Source: an uncultured Bacilli bacterium
Lineage (GTDB): Bacteria > Bacillota_I > Bacilli_A > RF39 > UBA660
Assembly (NCBI GenBank): GCA_934096275.1
Contig: CAKOLK010000002.1
Span: 43,784-107,783 of the forward strand
Length of the DNA stretch: 64,000 bases
Direction of reading: 5' to 3'
The position numbers and the translations under genes are program-made. The notes under the pieces are model-generated. The model ran no database searches and was not told the origin of the DNA. It saw only the letters and a list, made by a program, of their open reading frames with translations. Positions 55,963-64,000 of the stretch are shown piece by piece. Position 1 is the stretch's first letter. Each line of letters begins with the position of its first letter.

Positions 55963-56848
55963 GACTTTTTTTAGATGTTTACGTGATGCTTTTAAGAGTG
56001 TTTTTCGTAATTTTAGTTTGTCTTTAGCTAGTGTTTCTTGTATTACAATTACTTTGATTATAATAGCAGCAGCTTTACTTTTATCAGATAATGTTCAAAA
56101 CTTTACTAAGGAGATTGAACGTGATGTTACTATTGTGGCTTTTTTAAAGTCTGATGTTTCTGATTTAGATCGTGAGAATTTTGAATCTGCGGTTAAGACT
56201 AATAGTAATATTGATACTTTTACATATAAGTCTAAAGCTGATGTTAAGAAAGATATGCAAAAGGAAAATGATACTTTTAGTTCTGTCTTAGCAGAGTGGG
56301 ACGATGCTAATAATCCTCTTAAAGATACTTATACTATTAAAGTAAGGGATGTTAAAAAGATTGGTGAGACTGCTAAAGAGCTTGAAGCGATTGACTGTGT
56401 TAGTACAGTTCAATATGGTGAGGGATTAGTTGAAAAGTTGGTTGGAGTATTTGATGCAATTAAAAAAATAACTTATGCTATTGCTCTTTCTTTAATAGTG
56501 GTAACTGTGTTTTTGATTATTAATACTATTAAACTTACTATATTTTCTAGAAAAAGAGAAATTGGTATTATGAGACTTGTTGGAGCTTCTAATCTTAGAA
56601 TTAAACTTCCATTTGTTATTGAAGGAATATTTTTAGGAATGATTGGTTCTATTATACCAATACTTATAGTTGTGTTTGGATATAAAGCTTTATATGATTA
56701 TTTTGGAGGGATTTTATTCTCACCAGTAATAAAACTTGTTGCTCCGATGCCGTTTGTAATTAATGTATCAGTAATTATATTAATTATTGGTATGGTTGTT
56801 GGTATGATTGGTAGTGGTCGTGCTGTAAGGAGGTATGTAAGAGTATAA
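55949..56848 (+). CDS. ftsX: Cell division permease-like protein FtsX
   Basis: GTG 55949 overlaps the ftsE stop. Has 4 TM helices and a large first extracellular loop. Confidence 0.9.
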   Translation: MKTCRTFFRCLRDAFKSVFRNFSLSLASVSCITITLIIIAAALLLSDNVQNFTKEIERDVTIVAFLKSDVSDLDRENFESAVKTNSNIDTFTYKSKADVKKDMQKENDTFSSVLAEWDDANNPLKDTYTIKVRDVKKIGETAKELEAIDCVSTVQYGEGLVEKLVGVFDAIKKITYAIALSLIVVTVFLIINTIKLTIFSRKREIGIMRLVGASNLRIKLPFVIEGIFLGMIGSIIPILIVVFGYKALYDYFGGILFSPVIKLVAPMPFVINVSVIILIIGMVVGMIGSGRAVRRYVRV

Positions 56849-57972
56849 TGAAAAAGGTAAGGGTTTTGATGATATTGCTTGCAATAGTTATGATTGCTCC
56901 TTGTACTGTTAATGCTCAGACTATTGCAGATTATAGAGCTAAAATAAAAGCTATTGAGGCTGAAAAAGCTGAGAATGAAAAGAAGAGTGCGGAGGTTCAA
57001 GCTAGAATTGATGCTGCGAATAAAAGAATTAGTGAAATTACTAATCAAATAGTTCAAGCTAGAAAAGATCAAGAAAGTACTCAAAAAGAGATAGAAAGAC
57101 TTGATAAGGAAATTGATGCTAAAGAAGAAGAAATAAAGGATTTAGTTGCTTTTTATCAAATATCTAATAGTGATAATTTCTATTTAAAGTATATATTTGG
57201 TGCAGATAGTTTTGAAGATTTTATATATAGATTTTCTGTTGCTGAACAACTTACTGAAGCTAATGATAAATTGGTTGATGAAATGAATGCTTTAATAAAG
57301 GAAAATGAGACTAAAGTAAAAGAGTTAAAGGAACAACAAAAGAAACTTAGCGGTCTTAATGACGAAATAAAAGTTGAAATAGAGAAACTGGGATCTCAAA
57401 AGAGAAAGTATTCTGAAAATTCTTTGGATGCTGATGAAGAAATAAAAGCATTGGAAGATCAAATAGCATTTTTTAAGAAGGAAGGTTGTTCTGAGAATCA
57501 AGATGTAACTAGATGTTCTATAAATGCTCCTTCTGCTAACGGGTTTATTAAACCTACTCCATATGGATATATAACTTCATATTATGGTGGTAGAATTCAT
57601 CCGATATTTGGTAATGCTAGTTATCATGATGGAATTGATATTGCCGCTGCTACAGGGACAACTGTTTATGCTTCTGGTACTGGTAAAGTAATATTTTCGT
57701 ATGCTGATAAATATGAGAATTATGGCGGATTTGGTAGAGCTGTTCTTGTAGTACATAATGTTAAGGGACAAACTTATACTACTTTATATGGACATTTGAG
57801 TAAAGCTACTGTTAGATCAGGACAAATTGTTCAAAGAGGAGAAAAAATTGGAGAGGTTGGATCAACTGGATGGTCAACTGGGCCACACTTACATTTTCAG
57901 TTTATGTATGGAAGTGGTTATGGGACTACACTTGATCCTATGGATATGGTTGATTTGCCACTTTCTTGGTAA
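56848..57972 (+). CDS. Coiled-coil + M23 peptidase (PcsB/EnvC/CwlO-like FtsEX-associated hydrolase)
   Basis: Has a signal peptide, a long heptad-repeat region, and the C-terminal M23 motifs YHDGIDI and GSTGWSTGPHLHF. The ATG overlaps the ftsX stop. Confidence 0.85.
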   Translation: MKKVRVLMILLAIVMIAPCTVNAQTIADYRAKIKAIEAEKAENEKKSAEVQARIDAANKRISEITNQIVQARKDQESTQKEIERLDKEIDAKEEEIKDLVAFYQISNSDNFYLKYIFGADSFEDFIYRFSVAEQLTEANDKLVDEMNALIKENETKVKELKEQQKKLSGLNDEIKVEIEKLGSQKRKYSENSLDADEEIKALEDQIAFFKKEGCSENQDVTRCSINAPSANGFIKPTPYGYITSYYGGRIHPIFGNASYHDGIDIAAATGTTVYASGTGKVIFSYADKYENYGGFGRAVLVVHNVKGQTYTTLYGHLSKATVRSGQIVQRGEKIGEVGSTGWSTGPHLHFQFMYGSGYGTTLDPMDMVDLPLSW

Positions 57973-57998
57973 AAACACTGAATTTTCAGTGTTTTTTA
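57972..57998 (+). terminator. Rho-independent terminator
   Basis: aacactg / cagtgtt stem followed by TTTTT. Confidence 0.8.
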
Positions 57999-58088
57999 TT
58001 GACTTTTTATATTCTTTGTGCTATTCTTTAGTTGTGAGCACGAAAGTGTTTTTATTTTGGAATAAAACATATAATTAAGAGGTGGATT

Positions 58089-58253
58089 ATGAAAGCGTTA
58101 AAAAATGTAAGAAGTGAAATGTCAAAGGTGAAATGGCCTGATAAAAAATATATGGTTAAATATTCAGTTGCATGCTTTGGTATGACAATATTTTTAGCTT
58201 TATATTTTTATGGTTTAAATGTTTTAATGGCATTTTTGAAAGGATTAAGATAG
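58089..58253 (+). CDS. secE: Preprotein translocase subunit SecE (54 aa; not in the ORF track)
   Basis: MKALKNVRSEMSKVKWPDKKY... followed by one TM. Lies immediately upstream of nusG. Confidence 0.85.
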   Translation: MKALKNVRSEMSKVKWPDKKYMVKYSVACFGMTIFLALYFYGLNVLMAFLKGLR

Positions 58254-58254
58254 T

Positions 58255-58788
58255 ATGGATAAAAAGTGGTATGTTGTTAATACTTATTCTGGACATGAAA
58301 AAAAGGTTCAAGAAAAGTTACTTATGAGAGCTTCTTCAATGGGGATGGAAGATTATATTTTTAGAGTAATCGTTCCTGAGACTACTGAGGTTGAAGTTAA
58401 AGAGGGAGTAACTAAGGAAAAAACTAAAAAGTTGTTTCCTGGATATGTTCTTGTTGAGATGATTATGACAGATGAAGCTTGGTTTGTTGTACGTAATACT
58501 CCAGGTGTTACAGGATTTATTGGTTCAAGTGGTAAGGGGGCTAAGCCTACTCCATTGCAACCATATGAAGTTGATAAAATACTTAATAATATGGGTATGT
58601 CAAGACTTGAAGTTTCTACCGACTTAGCTGTTGGAGAACTTGTTAAAGTTACATCTGGTCCATTTGCAGGAATGGAAGGTAAGATTGAATCTTTAGATTT
58701 ACCAAATCAAGTTCTTACAGTGTTACTTGACTTATTTGGACAAGAAACTTCGGTTGAAGTTGAAATATCTCAAATAGAAAAAGCGTAA
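58255..58788 (+). CDS. nusG: Transcription termination/antitermination factor NusG
   Basis: KKWYVVNTYSGHEKKV (NGN domain) and a C-terminal KOW. Confidence 0.96.
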   Translation: MDKKWYVVNTYSGHEKKVQEKLLMRASSMGMEDYIFRVIVPETTEVEVKEGVTKEKTKKLFPGYVLVEMIMTDEAWFVVRNTPGVTGFIGSSGKGAKPTPLQPYEVDKILNNMGMSRLEVSTDLAVGELVKVTSGPFAGMEGKIESLDLPNQVLTVLLDLFGQETSVEVEISQIEKA

Positions 58789-58854
58789 AATACTTGCATT
58801 TTTTCTGATTTAGTGATATTATTTAAACGCTATATATTTTTTAAATATATATTT

Positions 58855-58900
58855 AGTGGGAGGCATTTAGCTATTTGCGGTCATGCTATTAAGACCACTC
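58855..58900 (+). promoter_or_regulatory. Possible L1-binding autoregulatory hairpin in the rplK leader
   Basis: aGTGGGAGGc...aaGACCACt forms a stem agtgg/ccact enclosing a GGGAG...GAC motif. This resembles the L1 rRNA/mRNA site, identified from memory only. Confidence 0.3.
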
Positions 58901-58934
58901 GCGAATTAACAAAAAAATTATGGAGGTGTTTTTC

Positions 58935-59360
58935 GTGGCAAAAGAAGTTACTAGAAAGGTTAAATTACAAATTGCTGCAGGAAAGGCTACACCAGCTCCA
59001 CCAGTTGGTACAGTTTTAGGTCCTACAGGAATTAATTTAAGTGAATTTTGTACAAAGTACAATGATGCTACAAGAGAAAAAATGGGAGATGTATTACCAG
59101 TTGAAATATCTATTTATGATGATAGAACATTCGATTTTGTAATTAAAACTCCACCAGCTGCATTCTTAATTAAAAAGTATGCTAAGGTTCAAAAAGGATC
59201 TGTTAAGGGTTCTAAGGAAGTTGTTGGTACTTTAACAAAAGAACAATTGAGAGAAATTGCTGAAATTAAGTTACCTGATTTAAATGCTTACTCTGTTGAA
59301 GAAGCAATGAAAATCGTTGAAGGTACTGCTAAAAACATGGGAATAACTATAGCAGAATAA
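58935..59360 (+). CDS. rplK: 50S ribosomal protein L11 (GTG start)
   Basis: VAKEVTRKVKLQIAAGKATPAPPVG... GGAGG lies 8 nt upstream of GTG 58935. Confidence 0.95.
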   Translation: MAKEVTRKVKLQIAAGKATPAPPVGTVLGPTGINLSEFCTKYNDATREKMGDVLPVEISIYDDRTFDFVIKTPPAAFLIKKYAKVQKGSVKGSKEVVGTLTKEQLREIAEIKLPDLNAYSVEEAMKIVEGTAKNMGITIAE

Positions 59361-59390
59361 ATAAATTAGTTATTATACATAGGGTTACCC

Positions 59391-59423
59391 TATGTGGGAG
59401 GTAAAACCGCAATTACCACATAA
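59391..59423 (+). promoter_or_regulatory. Possible second L1-binding hairpin immediately before the rplA SD
   Basis: taTGTGGGAGGtaaaaccgcaattaCCACAta has a 7-bp stem closing a GGGAGG-containing loop, the same GTGGGAGG core as at 58856. Confidence 0.3.
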
Positions 59424-59436
59424 GGAGGTTAAAACA

Positions 59437-60135
59437 ATGAAAAATAGAGGAAAAAATTATAAAACTCTAGTTGCAAAAGTTGAAAAAGGAAAACTTTATA
59501 CTAGTGAAGAAGCTATTTCATTAGTTAAAGAACTTGCTAATACTAAGTTTGATGCAACAATTGAAGTTGCTATGAATCTTAACTTAGATGTTAAAAAAGC
59601 TGATCAACAATTAAGAGGTGCTATTACATTACCAAAAGGTACAGGTAAGACTTGTAGAGTATTAGTTCTTGCTAAGGGTGATCATGCTAAAGAAGCAGTT
59701 GAAGCTGGTGCTGATTATGTCGGAGATACTGATATGATTGAAAAGATTCAAAAAGAAAATTGGTTTGAATATGATACAATTATAGCTACTCCTGATATGA
59801 TGCCTCAACTTGGTAAATTAGGTAAAGTTTTAGGACCAAAGGGTTTAATGCCAAATCCTAAGACTGGTACAGTTACTAATAATGTTAAACAAGCTGTACT
59901 TGAAGCTAAAGCAGGTAGGGTTGAATATAGAACTGATAGTTATGGAAATGTTCATGGAATTATTGGTAAGGCTTCATTTAGTAATGAAGATTTAGCTGAA
60001 AACTTAAATGCGTTTGTTAAAACTATTTTAAGAGCTAAACCTCAAACTGCTAAAGGAACTTATGTAAAATCTATTAGTGTTTCTGCTACTATGAGTCCAT
60101 CTGTAAGAATTGATCAAAATAGTTTTGACAATTAA
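59437..60135 (+). CDS. rplA: 50S ribosomal protein L1
   Basis: AAGGAGG precedes ATG 59437. [21 protein letters not shown]... Confidence 0.95.
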   Translation: MKNRGKNYKTLVAKVEKGKLYTSEEAISLVKELANTKFDATIEVAMNLNLDVKKADQQLRGAITLPKGTGKTCRVLVLAKGDHAKEAVEAGADYVGDTDMIEKIQKENWFEYDTIIATPDMMPQLGKLGKVLGPKGLMPNPKTGTVTNNVKQAVLEAKAGRVEYRTDSYGNVHGIIGKASFSNEDLAENLNAFVKTILRAKPQTAKGTYVKSISVSATMSPSVRIDQNSFDN

Positions 60136-60174
60136 TATAAAATAGTGTATAATATTATTGAATTTGATTTTTAA

Positions 60175-60268
60175 GTGCCAAAGACAGTAGGTGTTTTAGT
60201 AAATCCTACCGAGGACTTTTATAAAGTATCTGGAGTCTTTGCATATAAAGACTCTTTTATTTAGGCAC
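60175..60268 (+). promoter_or_regulatory. Ribosomal protein L10(L12)4 leader
   Basis: The closing helix gtgcc/ggcac encloses cagtagg...cctaccgagg. An attenuator hairpin gagtcttt/aaagactc is followed by TTTTATTT (60233-60262). Confidence 0.6.
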
Positions 60269-60292
60269 GTAAATATAATAAGGAGGTGTCTT

Positions 60293-60784
60293 ATGCCAAG
60301 TGTTAAAGTTTTAGAAATGAAACAAGGTGTTGTATCTGAAATTAAAGATAAGTTAAATAATAGTAAATCATTTGTATTGTTTGATTATCGTGGTATGACT
60401 GATAATGATACTAAAGATTTAAGAATTAAGCTTAGAGAAAATGATTCAGATTACAAAGTTTATAAAAACACATTACTAAAGATTGCTCTTAAGGATTTAA
60501 ATATTGACTTAGACAGTTACTTGGAAGGACCTACTGCTATTGCTTTTTCAAATGATGATATAGCGGCAATTAAAGTACTTAGTGAATGTTCTAAAAAGAA
60601 TAGTGCTTTAGTACTTAAAGCAGGTATGGTTGAAGGTAATGTGGCAGATAAAGATAAACTAGATGAGTTTGCTAAGATTCCATCACGTGAAGGATTATAT
60701 ACAATGCTTGCTGGTGGTATGATTCAAATTGTTAAAGATTTATCTATTGCTTTAAATCTTTATACAGAACAAAAAGAAAATTAA
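60293..60784 (+). CDS. rplJ: 50S ribosomal protein L10
   Basis: AGGAGG precedes ATG 60293. MPSVKVLEMKQGVVSEIKDKL... Confidence 0.95.
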   Translation: MPSVKVLEMKQGVVSEIKDKLNNSKSFVLFDYRGMTDNDTKDLRIKLRENDSDYKVYKNTLLKIALKDLNIDLDSYLEGPTAIAFSNDDIAAIKVLSECSKKNSALVLKAGMVEGNVADKDKLDEFAKIPSREGLYTMLAGGMIQIVKDLSIALNLYTEQKEN

Positions 60785-60820
60785 TAATTAATAAATTAAA
60801 TTAAGGGAGGAAAAAATATT

Positions 60821-61186
60821 ATGGCAAAAATTACAAAAGAAGAATTTATTAGCTCTTTAAAAGAAATGACATTATTAGAAGTAAAGGAATTAGTTGATGC
60901 AATGAAAGAAGAATTTGGTGTTGATCCAAGTGCAGTTGCAGTAGCAGCAGCTCCTGCAGCAGCAGCTGAAGAAGGACCATCTACATTAACTGTAGTTCTT
61001 AAAAATGCTGGTGCAGCAAAAATCAATGTCATTAAAATAATCAGAGAAGTTACTGGTTTAGGATTAAAAGAAGCTAAAGATATCGCTGATGCTGGTGGAA
61101 ATATTAAAGAAAATATTCCTGCTGAAGAAGCTAATGAATTAAAAGCTAGATTAGAAGAAGCTGGCGCTGAAATTGAATTAAAATAA
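60821..61186 (+). CDS. rplL: 50S ribosomal protein L7/L12
   Basis: Alanine-rich hinge [14 protein letters not shown] and the C-terminal domain KEAKD... Confidence 0.97.
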   Translation: MAKITKEEFISSLKEMTLLEVKELVDAMKEEFGVDPSAVAVAAAPAAAAEEGPSTLTVVLKNAGAAKINVIKIIREVTGLGLKEAKDIADAGGNIKENIPAEEANELKARLEEAGAEIELK

Positions 61187-61197
61187 TTGATTGATTT

Positions 61198-61225
61198 AAA
61201 GCCTGTTTTTACGATGGGCTTTTTG
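61198..61225 (+). terminator. Rho-independent terminator after rplL
   Basis: aaagcc / ggcttt stem followed by TTTT. Confidence 0.6.
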
Positions 61226-61245
61226 TCGTATAAAAGGGAGGAAAA

Positions 61246-61830
61246 ATGACTCACTATTTTACTAATGATAATATTGAAAGTAATATAAAAGAAATATTGG
61301 TAAAAGTTAAAGATAAGACTTTTAGTTTTTATACTGATAATGGAGTGTTTTCTAAACGTGGTCTTGATTTTGGCAGTAGAAGTTTAATTGATACTGTTCT
61401 TGATATGGACATACATGGAAATATTTTGGATATTGGTTGTGGCTATGGTGTTATTGGAATCATTTTATCTTCTTTTTTTCATGGCAATTATGATTTGGTT
61501 GATGTTAATAAGAGGGCTATTCATCTTGCTAAGATGAATGTGTCTAAGAATAAAGTTGTTGCTAATGTTTTTTATAGTGATATTTATTCTGATATTTCAA
61601 AAAAATACGATTTTATTATTACTAATCCACCTATAAGAGTAGGTAAGGATATTTTGTATAAGTTTTTATTTGATGCTAAAGATTATTTAGTACCTGGTGG
61701 TTCTTTGATCTTTGTTATTAACAAAGATCAGGGTGCAAAAAGTGTTATTAAAGATTTATCTTTAGTGGGGGAAGTAGAAGTTTTGAATAAAAATAAAGGT
61801 TTTTTTGTAATAAAATGTATTTTTAATTGA
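61246..61830 (+). CDS. Class I SAM-dependent rRNA methyltransferase (RsmC/YbxB-like small MTS domain)
   Basis: DIGCGYG and ITNPP motifs. Occupies the same slot as B. subtilis ybxB, between rplL and rpoB. Confidence 0.8.
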   Translation: MTHYFTNDNIESNIKEILVKVKDKTFSFYTDNGVFSKRGLDFGSRSLIDTVLDMDIHGNILDIGCGYGVIGIILSSFFHGNYDLVDVNKRAIHLAKMNVSKNKVVANVFYSDIYSDISKKYDFIITNPPIRVGKDILYKFLFDAKDYLVPGGSLIFVINKDQGAKSVIKDLSLVGEVEVLNKNKGFFVIKCIFN

Positions 61831-61924
61831 CAAATTGACTAAATTGTGGTAATAATATAAGTTGGTTATTTGTCTATTTGAGGACAAATTGTTGTTTAAA
61901 AATTTGAAAGTAGGGGTGATTTTT

Positions 61925-64000
61925 GTGGCATTTAAAGTAGTAAGCTGTGGTGACCATAGAAAAAGAAGAAATTTTTCCAAGATTAAAAACACTTATGAAT
62001 TAAGGGATTTATTGGAAATACAAAAGAAATCATATAATTGGTTTATTGAAAAAGGTATTGAAGAAGTATTCAATGATTTATTCCCCGTAGAGAACTTTGC
62101 TGGTACATTATCATTGGAATTTGGTGATTATCATTTTGATGAGCCTAGATATTCTATTAAGGAATGTAAGGAAAGATATGCAACTTATGCTGCTCCATTG
62201 AAGGTTGATGTAAGACTTTTTAATAATGAGACTGGTGAAGTAAAAGAACAAGAAATTTTCTTGGGTGATATGCCACTTATGACTGACAGTGGTACTTTTG
62301 TCATAAATGGTGCAGAACGTGTAATAGTTTCACAACTTGTTAGGTCTCCTTCAGTATATTTTAATAAGGAATTAGATAAGAATGGTAGACTTTTAATTAC
62401 ATCACAAATTATACCAACTCGTGGTACTTGGTTAGAGTTTGAAACTGATGCTAGGGATATTTTATATGTACGTATTGATAGAACTAGAAAAGTTCCTTTA
62501 ACTACATTGCTTCGTGCATTTGGTTTGTCTAGTGATGATGATATTATTAAGTTATTTGGAGATAGTGATTTCCTTGAAAATACTATTGCTAAGGATTCTA
62601 CTAGAAATACTGATGAGGCTTTAATTGAAATATATGAAAAGTTAAGACCAGGTGAACCTGCGACTCTTGATAGTTCTAAGAATCAAATTATTACTAGATT
62701 CTTTGATGAATTTAGATATGATTTAGCTAAGGTTGGTAGATATAAGTTTAATATTAAATTAAATGTTCTTGATAGAGTACTTAATCAAACTTTAGCTGAA
62801 GATATTAAAGTTGATGGAGAAGTTGTTGTTCCTAAAGATACAGTTGTTACTAAGGAAGTTCTTGAAGTATTAAAACCAATATTTGCAAATGGTTATGGTG
62901 TTAAAGAAGTTAAGATTAATGATGAATTAGATACTTATAATAAAGTACAAATGGTTAAGGTTTATAAACCTGGTACTAAGAAGAAATTAGTAGTTATTGG
63001 TAATGATCAAAGTATTGATTCTAAAAGACTTACTATTTCTGATGTTTACGCATCTTGTTCATATTACTTGAATTTACTTGATGGTGTTGGTAATTTTGAT
63101 GAAATTGACCACTTAGGAAATAGAAGAATTCGTCAAGTAGGAGAACTTTTACAAAATCAATTTAGAGTAGGGGTTACTCGTATGGAAAGAGTTATTCGTG
63201 AAAGAATGACTACTCAAGATATTAATGAAGTTACTCCAAAGACTCTTATTAATATTAGACCTATTACTGCTATATTGAAGGAATTCTTTGGTAGTTCTCA
63301 ATTGTCACAATTTATGGATCAAATTAATCCAATAGCAGAGTTAACTCATAAGAGACGTCTTTCTGCTTTAGGACCTGGTGGACTTTCTAGAGATAGAGCG
63401 GGAATGGATGTACGTGATGTTAATGAATCGCATTATGGTAGAATTTGTCCAATTGAGTCTCCAGAAGGACCTAATATCGGACTTATTACTACTTTAGCTA
63501 GTTATGCTAAGATTGATGATTATGGATTTATTAAGACTCCATATCGTAAGGTTGTAGATAGTGTTATTACTGATGAAGTAAAATATTTTACTGCTGATGA
63601 AGAAGGAGATTTAATTATATCTCAATCTACTGTTCTTACTGATGAAAATAATAAGATTATTGATGAGTCAGTGGCAGCTCGTTATCATGGTGAAAATATT
63701 ATGACTACTCCAGATAAAGTTGATTATATCGATGTTTCACCTCAACAAGTTGTATCTATTACTACAAGTTGTATTCCATTCTTGGAACATGATGATGCGA
63801 CTCGTGCACTTATGGGTTCTAACATGCAACGTCAAGCTGTACCGCTTCTTAGTCCTGAAGCTCCATTCGTAGGAACAGGTGTTGAATATATTGCTGCTAG
63901 AGATTCTGGTTCTACAATTGTTGCTAAGGCAGACGGTGTTGTTACTTATGTTGATGGTAGAAAAGTTATTGTTAAGAATAAGGGTGGAGTAGATGAGTAT
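61925..64000 (+). CDS. rpoB: DNA-directed RNA polymerase beta subunit, 3'-truncated by the window edge
   Basis: GTG 61925 follows AGGGGTGA. The frame is open to base 64000. Contains LLEIQKKSYNWF..., GDMPLMTD.GTFVINGAERV and SQLSQFMDQ.NP motifs. Confidence 0.96.
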   Translation, partial: MAFKVVSCGDHRKRRNFSKIKNTYELRDLLEIQKKSYNWFIEKGIEEVFNDLFPVENFAGTLSLEFGDYHFDEPRYSIKECKERYATYAAPLKVDVRLFNNETGEVKEQEIFLGDMPLMTDSGTFVINGAERVIVSQLVRSPSVYFNKELDKNGRLLITSQIIPTRGTWLEFETDARDILYVRIDRTRKVPLTTLLRAFGLSSDDDIIKLFGDSDFLENTIAKDSTRNTDEALIEIYEKLRPGEPATLDSSKNQIITRFFDEFRYDLAKVGRYKFNIKLNVLDRVLNQTLAEDIKVDGEVVVPKDTVVTKEVLEVLKPIFANGYGVKEVKINDELDTYNKVQMVKVYKPGTKKKLVVIGNDQSIDSKRLTISDVYASCSYYLNLLDGVGNFDEIDHLGNRRIRQVGELLQNQFRVGVTRMERVIRERMTTQDINEVTPKTLINIRPITAILKEFFGSSQLSQFMDQINPIAELTHKRRLSALGPGGLSRDRAGMDVRDVNESHYGRICPIESPEGPNIGLITTLASYAKIDDYGFIKTPYRKVVDSVITDEVKYFTADEEGDLIISQSTVLTDENNKIIDESVAARYHGENIMTTPDKVDYIDVSPQQVVSITTSCIPFLEHDDATRALMGSNMQRQAVPLLSPEAPFVGTGVEYIAARDSGSTIVAKADGVVTYVDGRKVIVKNKGGVDEY

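Noticed and set aside
60796-61254. Minus-strand ORF of 152 aa antisense to rplL, and the many 60-130-aa antisense or overlapping ORFs in the track (for example 699-959, 5144-5509, 12597-12932, 33470-33793, 41553-42008, 42579-42890, 53771-54076, 56698-57084)
   Set aside because: All lie wholly inside well-supported genes on the opposite strand or in another frame. They have low-complexity I/L/F/S/N-rich translations typical of AT-rich DNA, and they lack SD sequences.
1-64000. Possibility of genetic code 4 (TGA = Trp), given the Mollicutes-like AT richness
   Set aside because: Several well-conserved genes end at TGA at their expected lengths (for example ybaB, yabP, tilS). RF2 is also present, with its TGA-dependent frameshift site.
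1-64000. tRNA, rRNA, tmRNA or RNase P genes, and an rrn operon after gyrA as in B. subtilis
   Set aside because: Reading the intergenic regions by eye, I saw no T-loop (GGTTCGAATCC-like) or rRNA-like GC-rich stretches. The gyrA-tadA spacer is only about 350 bp of AT-rich DNA with parS sites. A covariance scan is still advisable.

Overview
Very AT-rich, origin-proximal chromosomal segment of a low-GC Bacillota (Firmicutes) genome. It carries many endospore-associated genes: spoVT, spoVG, yabP, yabQ, yabG, spoIIR, gerQ, a bofA-like gene and ricT/yaaT. The standard bacterial code applies, since TGA is a stop and prfB has the TGA-dependent +1 frameshift. Almost every gene is on the + strand. The order is a compacted version of the Bacillus subtilis oriC-proximal map: gyrA | ffs-tadA-dnaX-ybaB-recR-bofA-holB-ricT-pth-mfd-spoVT | T-box-metG-tatD-yabE-like | rsmA-srtB-yabG-veg-spoVG-yabP-yabQ-divIC-tilS-ftsH | rpsF-ssb-rpsR-DHH-rplI-dnaB-M23-walJ-rlmH | symporter-ung | minus-strand block lemA-gerQ...ponA | rpoE-prfA-prmC-spoIIR-secA | prfB-yitT x2-ftsEX-M23 | secE-nusG-rplKAJL-methyltransferase-rpoB. 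I found no rRNA, tRNA, CRISPR array or intact mobile element. Five things stand out. (1) The non-coding DNA around ffs-tadA (2.1-3.5 kb) holds six consensus ParB parS sites. Two of them sit in an 85-bp duplicated module that also carries a perfect Noc-binding-site palindrome. (2) A six-gene TasA/camelysin-like fibre locus with its SipW-type signal peptidase and two orphan membrane proteins is inserted at the yabE/rsmA junction, next to an IS110 transposase relic. (3) A thioester-domain surface adhesin has a VPDTG sorting signal and its own sortase. (4) A 1032-bp insertion in the 3' end of secA regenerates the SEC-C tail and leaves the old tail plus terminator downstream. It carries an orphan 241-aa ORF bracketed by tandem TTTAGATAAGT repeats and is followed by a RhuM-family gene and a zinc-ribbon membrane protein before prfB. 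(5) dnaX appears to start at an ATT codon, and the SRP RNA is a short 4.5S-type molecule. None of these can be proven novel from sequence alone. The parS/NBS module and the secA-prfB islet are the best candidates for undescribed biology.
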